Below, piece by piece: positions 1-11,995 of a DNA stretch of 64,000 nt; positions within the stretch are counted from its first letter, which is position 1, and each line of letters opens with the position of its first letter. Source of the stretch: Vicugna vicugna (lineage: Eukaryota); contig MU061538.1 of NCBI GenBank assembly GCA_013265495.1, forward strand, positions 2,437,339 to 2,501,338, written 5' to 3'. The translations under genes were made by a program, and so were the position numbers. Under the pieces are notes generated by a model. The model was given only the letters and a program-made list of their open reading frames with translations, had not been told where the DNA came from and did no database searches.

Positions 1-189
1 TTAGTGAGTTGAATAAAGCCCCCGACACACGCTCATTCACTTTGCCTAAGAACCGCAGTCTGACACTTTAAGAGAGACGTGGAGCGGGCGGTTGGAAACG
101 GCCCTGAAGTTCCGAGCGAGGGCAGGGTGGGGTTCCAAAGGTGAGCGTGGTCAGCCACGGGGAGTGCCGGCAGCCCTGTGCCACACGCA

Positions 190-365
190 GCAGCTCATTT
201 AATGTCCACGACCACCCACAAGAGCAGACCTTCTTGTCACTATTGTTTCTCTCCTTTTGCAGACGAGGAACCTGACTGACTCGGGGGAAGAGTGACCTGC
301 CCAAGGTCACGGCCCCAGGCTCTGAACCCAGGCAGCCGGCAGGTGCATCTTCACTCTAAACCAGT
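190..365 (-). mobile_element. MIR SINE remnant
   Basis: ttttgcagacgaggaacctga...gtgacctgcccaaggtcac...tgaacccaggcag resembles the reverse-complement MIR core. Confidence 0.7.
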
Positions 366-2418
366 GGTTCTCAGTCTAGGAGCACCTCTGCCTGCCACGC
401 TGGCAGCCACATCCACTGGGCGGAGGCAGGGAGGCTGCTGCATTCTCTGCAATGCGCAGGGCAGCCCCCCAGGCGGGAAGCACGGGCCCCAGGTGTCGGC
501 AGTGCCGGGCGTGGGGACCTGCAGACCCCGCCCCACGCCTGCCACCCGTCTCCCGCCTGCAGTCCTTCACTCGTTCATAGCAGTCTGCTCAAGGTCTAGC
601 CCTCCTCTGCACTGGAACCTCCACGCTTCATTCATGCTAAATTCTCTGTCTAATGGATGCAAATAAGTGCTCAGTAAACACACGCTCACATTTAGTGTGT
701 GATTTCAGAGAGATCTGCGCGCACTGAGAGATCTCGAGGCTGCGGGGCGGAGAAGGCGGTGAGAAAGCGTGACATGAACAGACGGCGGGTCTCCACTGTG
801 TCGGAAAAGCGTCGCCACCTTTAGCCCAGAAAACCGGGGCGAGCAGAAAACCCGTGGCCGCGTCTGAACAGCGAGGCCCGACCGAGGCTGATTTCTCACT
901 GTCCTTGCAGCTAATCAAGCCTGCGGAAACAGCATCACCAAATTGACTAAACAGAGATTTTCAATTAACTCAAACAGATGGCTTAAATTTTCCAGGTGAC
1001 TTTCCACATTAATTCAGAGAGTTGGCTGGACTAGGCCCCAGGGGGCTTGGCGGGGACAGGGCTGGAAGGAAACAATGAAACACGTGGGTCTTCAGGAGAG
1101 CAGACAAAGCCAGCGTCAGAAATTTCTTCTTTCCCAGCGAAAAACGCCGCCAGCCAAACTGAGCAGACCCCTCGACCAGCACAGACTGGGGGCCGCTCCC
1201 CACAGAGGGGCCGCAGGGGACTCAGGCCTCGGGACCGGCCACACGAGTGAACGGGGGCCTCTCCGGTGGGCGCCGGGCCTGCTCTGTCCCCTCAGGACCC
1301 TACAGCACTTCACACGTCACCAGGGGGCGGGGGGAGAGCTGAAAGCCCCTCCTGGCATCTGCGGAGGCCCCGACTTCCGGGCTGCGGGCGGCGGGTCCCA
1401 CCCGGGGCGGCAGCAGAAGCACCACAGGTGAAGACCGCACCATCACAGACCAGTGGGACCACGTGCCTGCGTGTGTGTCCCGGCACTGGGCCCGTGGAGG
1501 GGCCAGACTGGCTGAGCCCACGGCTCCTGCCCTTCTGGGAGCTTCGGGAAGCTACGAACCAGGCGGGGTTCTGTAACTGAATAGGGGAAGACTCGGGCTC
1601 CAGCTGTGGCAAAACGTGGGCTGGGTATTTGCTGAGACTCAGGACGGACCGTTCCTGCCTTAACCCACTTGTAGATGCTCAGGATCTCAATTCCCTCCTC
1701 TTCTCCGAGACTCCCGCCAGTTTTCTCAGCAGAGAGAGGCTTAATGATGATAAAAGTGGGCTCTGGAGGGAGGATCGGCCCCCAGGCTGCCTGAACTTTG
1801 GGATGAAATGAGGCTGACACTCAGACCACTTCACTTGGATGGATCTCACCCAGCGGTTTTGAGCAGAAAATGAAATCCACCTAAATCAGTCGTTAGTAAC
1901 AAGACAGTCACCTCTGTCCACATGTCCCACCAATGACATGGTTGTTACCTTACCAACTGGGAGCCCCGCTTCTTGGAACAGGACCCACCACTCACCCCTG
2001 CAGCTGGCAAAGGGTGGTGATGTTGTAAACAACGCTCTCAGAATGGGGCGCCTCGTACAGAAGGTGTGACCACGTGGATTGTCCTGGAGAGACTGTGCCC
2101 CCAACGGATGCCCTTCGATGTCGGCTGTGCGCCGGGCAGCGTGCCCCCGCTGGACACGTGTGGTTAACCAGACAGCCCCCAACACCCCCAGACACCCAGC
2201 CTCCGGGGAGGAGAATCTGGGCCTGACATCAGGTAGGAAATAGTGGCACCGGGTTGACTGGTGTTCCTTTCCCAGAAAACCAAACCATAAAGCAGTCAAG
2301 AAAACCTAAGCAAATGTACCTTCTCCTTGCATTTTTCAATCAGCAGCTGAGCAAACCTGACCGTGCAGCGGGCGTCCATCTGACCATTATTGACCACAAC
2401 AAGGGGAAGGACGCAAAC

Positions 2419-2516
2419 CTCATTCGCGGATCGTCAGGCGGCGTCATCTCCAGGTCGTGGGTGGGTCCGTTGAGGCCGATGACGTGCAGGGAGATGCTGG
2501 GGTTCTCACATCCAGC
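2419..2516 (-). CDS. DPP6: DPP6 coding exon (equivalent to human exon 10), 98 nt: [32 protein letters not shown](R)
   Basis: Hand translation of the reverse complement. Acceptor cctttgcttcctag|GCT, donor ATGAG|gtttgc. Continues the frame from ...YPK. Not present in the supplied ORF track in this frame. Confidence 0.96.
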
Positions 2517-4161
2517 CTAGGAAGCAAAGGGGCACAGGCGTGAGTGGCCTGGCGGGCCGGGCGCCGAGTCCCTGGGAGAGCCACAGGCCGGCCCCCAGGG
2601 CCTGGAGCCCTGCAGGCAGGGGCAGCTCCTCCCAGCACAGGCGTCAGGACACGGGGCGACTGGGCGACCGCGCCCCTCCCTCCGCATTCCTCCCACCCTC
2701 GTCTGTCGACGACGCCCAGCGAGCACCATGCCCCTTGCCTGAGTGCAGGAGGGGAAAGAAGCTGGCCCAGGAGCAGAGAGTCCTGGATGCGGTGCCAGGA
2801 GGGCGGGCCGGCCCAGCGGGGGAGGGTGGAGCCCTGCCGTGCCCTGCTCCCCGCTCACCTCTGCTGCCTCTTCCGGGCCGGGCGCCAGCCTGACAGGGGC
2901 GGGGGAGCCGTGGCTGCTGGGGCTGACGCCCTTGCCCTCGTCCACTCCCCCTGCAGAGGGAGGTGCTGGGGTGACAATGGAAGCCAGCCCCACTCAGGGC
3001 AGGAGTCAGCTGGGCCACCAGCTCACGGGCTCTGACTTGGAAGGGGAGGGGTCTGGGGCAGGGACCAAATTCTACTGGCCAGAGTATGTTGGCTTTCTAC
3101 CGAAACATGAAGCCCAAATCCTGAGCCATCTGCCCCAGAGCTCACTGTCTGATCAGGGCCGTACTGTTCTGGATCTCGTCACTTCACTCCTTGATCCAAG
3201 GAACTCCCATCACATGGCCCCCCAGGGAAGCCATTCCGTGTCTGGGTGGTCTCTGGCTCCCAGCCTCCAGGACTGTGAGGGGTAACTGTGCTGTGTAAGC
3301 CGCACAGCATGTGCTCGTTAGAGCCAAGCGCCTGACAGCCCAGGTGTTCCCTTTCTCAGGCCCGGGACTCGGGGAACCTCACTGGCCTTGCTTGGACATG
3401 ACGGACCCTCTTCCTGCAAACGGCCAGCAGGCCCGTATGTGGTGTGCAGGGCATGTGGCGCCATCCCAGGGCCCCCTGTGGCTTGAAGTCAAGGCTCAGG
3501 GCTCACTGGCAGAGGCTGGAGGCGCCCTTCCAGTAGCCGCGGGCGCAAGAGAGGACTGTCACCAGGAGGTGCTGGCGGACTGCGTCCACCCTCTGGACAC
3601 CAGCCTGTCCCCAGCGGAGTGGGCGGGAGAGGCGTCAGGACTCCCTTCAAGCCAGGACACTGTGATCTGCTGACAAAGCCGGGTCTGTCTGTCCACCGCC
3701 CCCACCCCTCCTCCTGCAGCCTTGCCGTTCTGCTGGCTTCTTGTGCCAACAAGTCGGCCTGGGACGCAGTTAGACACAGTATGTATGGGTCAGAACGTGA
3801 CCAAGCCCCAAACAGCCCAGCCCAGACTCCGGGGACCAGGGGCAGACGGGGTCCCTCCGGCCTCCCAGAAGCCAAATTCTAAAAAAGGAGTTTGAGGAGA
3901 GCGTGCCCGGGAGGGGGCAGTGTGAGTTTCTGTCGCCACTGAATCAGTCACAAGGGAGCTCACGTATTTGAGTTCTGATGAAGCTTAGACAAATCGTTAA
4001 TGGCAGTCCCGTTATTCCAAATAAAGTAAACCCGCGGACAGATCTGACTCCCCAAAGACGGGCCTTCAATGCAATGGAACGTGAAACAGTTGCCCTCCCC
4101 GTGTTTGCTGCACTGCCCCCCGCACGTCCGAGTGTCCCCGCTCCAGGCCCGGAGCGCTCAC

Positions 4162-4316
4162 CTTGGGGTAGCGGTAGGGCTTGGCGGCGGGGTAGGCCGA
4201 GCCGGTGTAGGTGGGGAGCTCCATGACCGGCACGCGGGAGTCGTTGATGGCAGCGTAGGCCAGCCGCGTGCCGTCCGGGGACCACCAGTGGGCGATGTGG
4301 GTCTTCAAAATCTCCT
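4162..4316 (-). CDS. DPP6: DPP6 coding exon (equivalent to human exon 9), 155 nt: (E)[51 protein letters not shown]
   Basis: Contained in ORF 4066..4416(-). Has the DPP4-family WWSPDG and YPK motifs. Acceptor tgtttgtttcccttag|AG, donor AAG|gtgagc. Confidence 0.98.
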
Positions 4317-4609
4317 CTAAGGGAAACAAACAGAGCAGAGAACTGTGGGCAGGCACGGACGGGGGTGGGGTGGGGCCGGAGCTGCTCCCGCACGAGGGCT
4401 GCTGGCCGGGAGTCACGAGTCCCTCTACAACTTTGAGGCTTCACTGTGCCCTGGATACACCTTCATTCAAGAGAGGCCGGGTGCTGACCTCCAGACCCAG
4501 CGCCGTAAGCCCCAGCCAGTCAGCCCAAACGAACAGGGCCTATTCGTCTGAAGACGGGTTTTTCTTTTTGGCACAAATTTGAGCAATATGAGTTCAAAAA
4601 GTGCCTTTT

Positions 4610-4790
4610 AAAATTAAAAACATTTTTTTAAATTGAAGTACAGTTGATCTACAGCAGGTTAGCTCCTGGTGTACAGCGCAGTGCCTCAGTCATACACATG
4701 TGTATTCGCTTTCACGTTCTTTTTCATTATCGGCTCTTACAAGACACTGAATACAGTTCCCTGTGCTGTCCGGGGGACCTTGTTTCTAAC
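4610..4790 (-). mobile_element. Severely 5'-truncated L1 3' tail (artiodactyl/camelid type) with target-site duplication
   Basis: tttttaaattgaagtacagttgat...ttccctgtgctg matches the reverse-complement L1 3' end. Flanked by aagtgcctttt (4599-4609) and aagtgcttttt (4791-4801). Confidence 0.85.
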
Positions 4791-6322
4791 AAGTGCTTTT
4801 TGAGCTGACTCCTCATTGTTCTGCTGTGAGTTATTACTGTAAGACGATCAAAAAACAGTCAGTTCACCCTGAAGCAGGGCACGTCCAGGCAGAACCAAAG
4901 TGAGAAGGTAAACTGCTGGAGGGTGAATCCTAGAAAATCCCAGACTAACTCGCAGGAGACGCCTGGGGTCCGTGCCCGCCCGTGGACCCCCTCACACACA
5001 GCCCTGCAGAAGAAGAAGGTCAAGGCGAGCCTGCTCCTCGCTCGTAAAGGAAGGACGCAGTTTCATCCCATGTGGCAGAAGCACAGAATGGCCTCGTCCT
5101 CAACGAGACTGAAATGGAGACGGCCGTTCTCTTAGGTTTCCGCCAGAAGCACCCATTTCTACTTCCCGTCCCGACCCGGCAAGGCTACGTGGAGCCCTGT
5201 CTGTGAGTGAGTTCTGCAGGGTCTGACGTCTATTCCGGAAACGATGGTTCTGCTCTGTTTCTTTAACAAGCCAAGACAAGACACTTCCCAGGTGTGAGAC
5301 GTCAGAGAACTGGGCCAGAGGAGCATCTTGCTGCTCAGCAGCGCCGAGGTCGCGGGATCCTTCCTTGTGCCTGATCTATACGTACTGCAATTCCCCCAGC
5401 TTAGTTTTTAGAGTAATGATCAGTGCATCTACAACCGCACACGTGAGTCCCACTGCCCCGGCACCGTCAGGCGAGACACCGGCTCTGCGAGCCCGTGGGG
5501 ACGAAGTCACACCTGAGAACCCGAGACCACCCCGAGGAAACAGCACGAGTGCGTCAAACTCGAGGAGAAAGACGTGAATCAGGACAAAGCCAAGGGATGC
5601 GGCAGCGGGAAGAGAGGGTCACAGAGGGACTAGGAGCTGGACCCGCCTTGCCGGCCTGGCGTTGTGGGGGGGGGCCCGATGGCTGCAGGATGGCGACAGG
5701 GCGTGGAGGGGTGGGGGGTCAGGGCCCTGCGGCAGTGCCTCCGAAGGCATCCCACAGCCAGGTGCAGGGACTGCGAGTGGGGGCCTCCGGCGGGGGAGGC
5801 GGCTGGTGGTGCCGTCTGTCCCTCCATCACCGGCTCCCCCCCGCCTGGTTTCTTAGTGGGAGGAGCCCTGACGTCTCGTGGGGCCTGCAGCAGCAATGCT
5901 AGGAGTTATGCCTCCAAAAAGTGCCGTCCTCCCTCTAACTAAGTCTTCCCTGCCCTCTGAGCGCTTGCCTCCGCCTGCCAGCAGCCTGCAGACTCCTGCC
6001 CAGGACCGGCACCAGACAGCGGAGTCCAACCACCAGGACGCCCCGCGCACCTGACACCCCGCCCCTCGGACCGCAGCACAGCTCATCGGGGAGAGGTGCT
6101 GAAGGCGCCCGGGGCCCTGGCTTCTGCCCCGGTTCTGCCACCTACAGCAGAGAAGAGGTCCCGCTCCAGCCCCAGCCGTCAGCCAAGGGGTGCCGAGGCC
6201 GCCTCTCACACGTCCTCCTGCCCGTGCTCGGTGACCTTGTGGCACCCCGGGAAATGACTCAGAAGCTTTTCCAGAGCCGATAAGAACCCGAAGTTCTACT
6301 GAGGCAAAACAAAACGAAACCC

Positions 6323-6365
6323 AAAAAAAACTGAAAAAAAAAAAAAAAGAAAAAAAGGGAAGAAA
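6323..6365. repeat. A-rich low-complexity tract
   Basis: aaaaaaaactgaaaaaaaaaaaaaaagaaaaaaagggaagaaag seen directly. Confidence 0.9.
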
Positions 6366-7142
6366 GCCAACTCTCCAGGGCTTGTAATTTTCCAGCGTTG
6401 TCAGCAGCCGGCAAAGTGACTTTCAGGTGCGAGTTTGGAACGAGGTGATTCGGGAATGACTTTCTACAGAAGCACCTGGCTTGTCTGGCCGGCGCGCGCG
6501 GTCGGGTGAGTAATAGACTCCAGCAGACGGTCTGCTGGAAAGAACAGGCACCCTTTGCAATGCAATTTGCAGCTGATTCTGCTCAATCACTTCAGTGCTG
6601 CAGGCTGCGGGGGAGGCAGGGCTCCGGGGGCAGAGGGGGAAGGAGGCGCCATCCACCCGAAATTGGCCTGCGAGCCTGGCTGCGGTGCTCAGGGCACATG
6701 GGTTCACGGCCAGCCCTGGAAAGTCCCAGCAGGAAAACGGAGGTGGCAACAAAGTCTTCTAGAACGCACGCTGCACAGAATCCAGCAGACAACACAGCCC
6801 TGCAGACACAACTCATCTGCGGCTTCCCTTTGACCCTGAACGACCTCCTGGGAAGGAGGGTGGGGGAGCACGGCCAGGCAGCAGGCTGGGGGGTCCTGCC
6901 ACCTTCGCTGCTCGGCAGTCCAGCCCCCTCCTCGTCCACCTGCGGTGTGTCCGCCTCCTTTCTAGACTTGCCCTCAAATGGGAAGGAAACACTGCTGCTT
7001 CGGTCCAGGGCAGGGGGTCGCACGTTCAGGGACGAGAGGGAGGAAACATGGGGGAAGGTGGGGCCCAATGCTGGGCTGAGAAGCACTGTTTCTGTCACTT
7101 CCATCAGCAGATGCCAGAGTATTTGCCCCGAGTTCCATTCGC

Positions 7143-7156
7143 GAAAAAGAAAGAAA

Positions 7157-7189
<33 letters not shown>

Positions 7190-7200
7190 AAAGAGAAAAA
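7143..7200. repeat. (GAAA)n tetranucleotide microsatellite
   Basis: About 12-13 GAAA units with one interruption, seen directly. Confidence 0.95.
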
Positions 7201-10200
7201 GGACCCCAGCTCCGGACTACAAATGTGCTGGCTGGTGGGGACCATACAGTTCGGGGTGGCAGACACCTGCTCAACGTTAGTTCCTGCAATTCCATCCCAA
7301 AGCGAGAGGACCACAAATAAAAAAGAAATCCCGCCACACGCACGGCCAGGCGGTACACGAGGGTGGCTTCCGTTTTTTTCCCCGAATGCCCTTCAACACA
7401 TTGTTCCCTGGCGTGTTTATTTTTCCTGTGAGTTAGTTGCTCATTAAAGAGATAATTAAGTGTAAGAAACTAAGGGGAAAAGGACCAGGCAGATGAAATC
7501 GTGACATTTTTGTGTTAATTACGATGTCCCTGCTCTGCAAACATTTTCCTCAGGCTCTCCAGCTTAATGAGGCAGTTGGCTTAAACGCCGTGAACCAAAT
7601 GTAGTTTACGGATAGAGCTTTTAGGGAAAAAACCTATTTTAGCGACTAAATGAACTGTGTGAGCCTTGCCTTGGAACAAAAGGAGAGACTTGCCTTTCTG
7701 AGCAGGAAGACACATCTTTCCTTCACCTCCCCTGTCCTGTCCAGGGACCATCTTCCGCTCAAACGAGAAAGATACATTTTGGGAAGGGAGGAGGGACTCT
7801 CACTGCTGCATGTGAGTTCAGGCCTGACCTGCGCCCCCGGAAGCAGCCTCTGCACCAGATGTAAATGTTGGACAACAGGGGCCCCCAGGTCTGACAGAGG
7901 GTCACGTGGACCTGGGAGGGTGGCGGGGGAGAGGGCAGTGGGGAGTCACAGCGGGTACTGGGAGCTGGAACGAGCCTGCTGTCCTCTGACTGCACCACCA
8001 GGCCGGCCGCGGCACGGCTCAGGGCTCAGCTGAAAAGAAATCCCAAGGTGGGTGAGGGACCCACAGATGTGAGACGGGGGGAGCTTCCGAGTGCCCTGGG
8101 GAGCCAGAACCCTACCATGTACGCCCATGTCCATGCGCTGTGTCTAGCTCGGGGGCGTGGAGGGCGCGGACACAAACCTACCTCATCCCTGCACTTCTGA
8201 ATGGCCAGAGGTCACAGACCGCCACGATGCCAGCCTGGCAAGACTTGGATCCCTCGTTCTCCCGATTTTATATCGATCACCTGCCATTTCCACTCTGTTG
8301 TCTCCCCTGTATCTGACGCTTCAGCTCATTGTTGGTGCCACGCTGTGAACTCCCTGCTGCCTGGGTTTTCTGTCCGGAACGCAGTATCCAGGGAGTAGCT
8401 TGTGTTTTCTTAGAGACACAATGCAAAATTATAGACTGCCTCCAAGAGCAGAAAGTAAGATGCTCCCGAATTTGTAACTGCTGCAGGAGTGGCCAGACCG
8501 TCACTTAAAGCAAGAGGCTGGCTGGACGACGTCTGTGCCTACGGGCTCTGAACCCCAGGTCTCACGAGCGTGACCAGTTAATCACCTTTTATTGTTTCTC
8601 CTGAAGCTCCAGTGAGAGTAAGGCTGTGGTCTCGGGGCCACACCTGGCCCGTGGACGAATTTGGGGATGATCTTAGGGCTCCTAGCAGCCTGGAGCAGAC
8701 AGACACATCAGAAGCACCTTCCAAAAACTGAAGCCATAAAAGCCTCTTGACATTATTCTGGGTTATTAACGGTTCTTCATTCCCCCAGGGGGTCGTCTGT
8801 ACCTGAGTATAAACTCCTCGACAGAGCTGGACACCTTGCTGAGTATGAGTCCTGGCCCTGGCGACGTTTCTGGGCCTTGATGCTCTCCCACTGTGAAGAG
8901 TTGAGGCCTGTGTCTCCTCCCCTGGAACCACAGTGGTCTCTCTAAAGCAGCTGAATGGACAGGACGTGCAGAAGGGATGGCCTGCAGCCTCTAAGGCTGG
9001 GTCACAAAAGGCAGTGAGCCCCTGGGGCGCTCTCTCGCTGGGCTGCTCCCCCGAGACCCTCGCCATGCCATGGGGAGGCCCGGCCACGTGTCGGGCGTCC
9101 CGGTCGGCACGGCTCAGGGCTCAGCGGGCGGCCAGGGTCAGCCGCGGGACCCGGGAGGTGGCTCCAGCCCAGCCCCCCGGCTGCCCCGGCTCCCCGGCTG
9201 GTGCAGAGGAGAGCTCCGTTTGCCAAGCTTGGCCCGACTGACAGGTGCTGCTGTTTTAAGCCATCGTATCTGGGCCACTGAGAACAGCTTGAGCTCGGCA
9301 AAGTCTTGAACACAAAGACAGGGAGGGGAAGAGGAGACCTGAGCTGGAGCGACGGGTTCCTATTCTTGCCTGGCCCTCTTTCCTAGGTTCCCCTACTCTC
9401 TCCTCTTCGTTTCCATCGCGGGCATCGAGGGAGCTTCCAGAACTTGCGTCGCTGGTCTATGCACCTGCTGCATGCCCAGGCTGGGGACAGCGGTCAGAGA
9501 TGTTCTCTTGTTTCTCATTCATCTGTTTGTGATTCACACATCCATTCAGCCATCCACCCACCATTCACCCGGAGCAAACAGGCAGGCCGTGCCAACAGGG
9601 ACACACGGCGAAGCCGGCTCACGGTCTCACACGGACTCGGAGGACGCGGTGCTCGCCCACTTGCACTCGGAGGTGGCACTTTAGAACAGCGCTGGCAGCC
9701 TGAATTCAACTTTATTTTTGAAGGCGAGAGTCCCCACGTGGGCCTCGACTGGGATTCAGACAAGTGTGAAGAGGCCGGGGACACTGCTTACAGCTGGACT
9801 TCCTGAGGCTCGGGGAGAGGGGGAGCCGGCCAGCCGGTCTCTGGTCTACGGTCCTGCTCCCGTGGCCCGGCCCTGGGGTCAGACCCTGGCCCCCTCTGCC
9901 TGCCGGCCGCCACCTGCTCCATTGTGCTGGGCGGGAGGGCAGCCGCTCCTGGAAGGAGGCCCCCCTCTCTGGAGCTGCCTCATTTGCAAGTAGAAAAGGC
10001 CTCACCGATCTCCTCTCCCCCTCCCTCCCCTCACTCTAAATTACTGTGCTGACGTGAAGGATGCACTGAGAGCACAAGTGGGTCCTCATCAGGAAGCTAA
10101 TCCAGTGACGATCAAACACACGCGAAGGTCAGGGAGCCCTGAGCTGGGAGGCGCGCTTTCTGGGGGAGAAGCGGCTGCGCCTGGGGAACTCGGCGTGGAG

Positions 10201-11857
10201 GATAAACCCAGTGGGGACAGAGGCCAGTGGCCGAGAGGCTGAAGACTCAGAGCCCTTCTCAGGCCCAACCTCACGTTCATTATCGGTGCTCTTTTTCTAA
10301 AAGAGATCCCCCAGATCACACAAGCTTTGGAACCCCACAAAGCTGGGGTCTGTCCCATAGAAAAAAAGTGACTTTCGGCGAAAAATCCATCTCCAAATAG
10401 CACCGCCCAGGTTAACGGTGCCACCTGCTGCTTCCAGAGGCCTCACGCTCTCCAGGCCCGGATCCCGCCTCTCTGGGCCTCTCTCCCTCAGTTGCAAAAA
10501 GAGGGGGCTGGCTTACATCACTGTTACTCAGGCTTTCTGAACAGGAGGACCCCATCTTACAGGAAAAAACTTGCAGATACCACATTCTAATTCGGTTTGA
10601 AATACTGAACATCCCTTATAGAATAATTTGTATTTCGTGCATCACAAGAGCACCTGCACGTATCGGACAAACATTTAAATGTGCGGAGACATAGAGGTTA
10701 CCAGGTCATCCGCATGTCCAGGTGTGGCACAGACTCGCAGACGCCCCGACGAGGGCCCCGGCTGGCTCCCCATCCTGACTTCTTGGGGCCCTGACTGAGA
10801 TGTGGGCGGAGCTTCCTTTGAGCAGATTCTAGAATGTCTACACCATCCTGCTTCCTGAGCTCTGACAGTAACCACCAACTGTGAGCAGAGGTTTGCCAAG
10901 GCGGCAGGAGGCTGCGTTTACTGGAAAACCTGGGGTGTAGACCAGCCCGAGGGTAGGTCTGGCAGCAGGGCGCTTGGGGACGGCTCCCGGCCTCTCGGAG
11001 GCATCAGCGGCTCAGCACTCCGTCCTGCCCTCGGACGACCTGGGGGTGCCTTCAACAGACACATGGTCTCCAGTGAACTCTACGGCCCCAGACAGGCTGG
11101 TGCTGGTGAGTGGGGTCACAGGCCCTTGTTCAGGGTCAATGCTTCCATCCGCCAGCCCAGGATCCCCCCCGCCCGGTGACCACACCGAGCACCAGCCATC
11201 CAAGCGCTGGGACAGATGCTCAGAGTGCAGAACAGACTAGTGGGGGACTGGCTTTTGTGATAAGGATCTCACACAAAAGGGAAAATCTCACCATGAATCA
11301 AGTAAAATGGTACCTGAACACTGGCCTCTGACATCCTCAGGGCAGGTGGCCAAGGTGAGAAGGGGCTCTTGCTGCAGAATGACTTTGCGTGAGTTTAAAA
11401 CTCACCCAAGACCCCAAGAACTAAGGGCGTATCAGCCCAACGTCAGTTGTGCACTGTCTGGGCGGGGAGGGCGGGGTGCAGGGGAGAAGAGGGGACTCGG
11501 GTGAACTGGGCGGTGCTCCTGCAGACGTGACACAGATCCCTGCAGGGCGGTCCCTTTCTGGGAGCCGGGGGAGAGAGGTTGCGTCTGATCCCCGGATGGA
11601 CGGGAGGCGACGGGAGGACGGTGTTGACCGTGCGGCAGACCTCCATGTCCTCCGTTCTGTTTTACTGTTCAAAGCATAGCGCGGTGCTAAGTCCAGTATC
11701 ACCCAGTACTGACCACCGGCGGAGGCTGGTCCAGGAGGGTGATGCCGCCCATCCTGGATGGCCTCCTGGAGAGGGGCCTGGGAGGGAGTGAAGGCTTTCG
11801 GGGGCAGCGTGACCAGCATCCTGCCCTCCAGGTGTGCGGTGCTCTGGAGGATGGACC

Positions 11858-11995
11858 CTGGAGCCAGACTTCCCAGATTCACAACCCGGCAGAGCCCGCA
11901 GAGGCTGTGTGACCTTAGGCCAGTGACTTAGCATTTCTGTGCCTCAGCTGTCTCCTCTATAAATCAGAGATGATACGAGAATCTGCCTCACTGGG
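11858..11995 (+). mobile_element. MIR SINE remnant
   Basis: ctggagccagact...gctgtgtgaccttaggccagtgacttagc...gtgcctcag...ctataaa is the MIR core. Confidence 0.8.

Noticed and set aside
2254-2520. Plus-strand ORFs overlapping DPP6 exons (also 3978..4226, 4069..4320, 30316..30528)
   Set aside because: These are antisense shadows of high-GC3 coding exons.
6506-7447. Longest ORF in the track (313 aa, plus) and its 240-aa antisense partner
   Set aside because: It runs through the (GAAA)n microsatellite (KERKKERK), resembles no protein family I know, and long stop-free frames are expected in GC-rich DNA.
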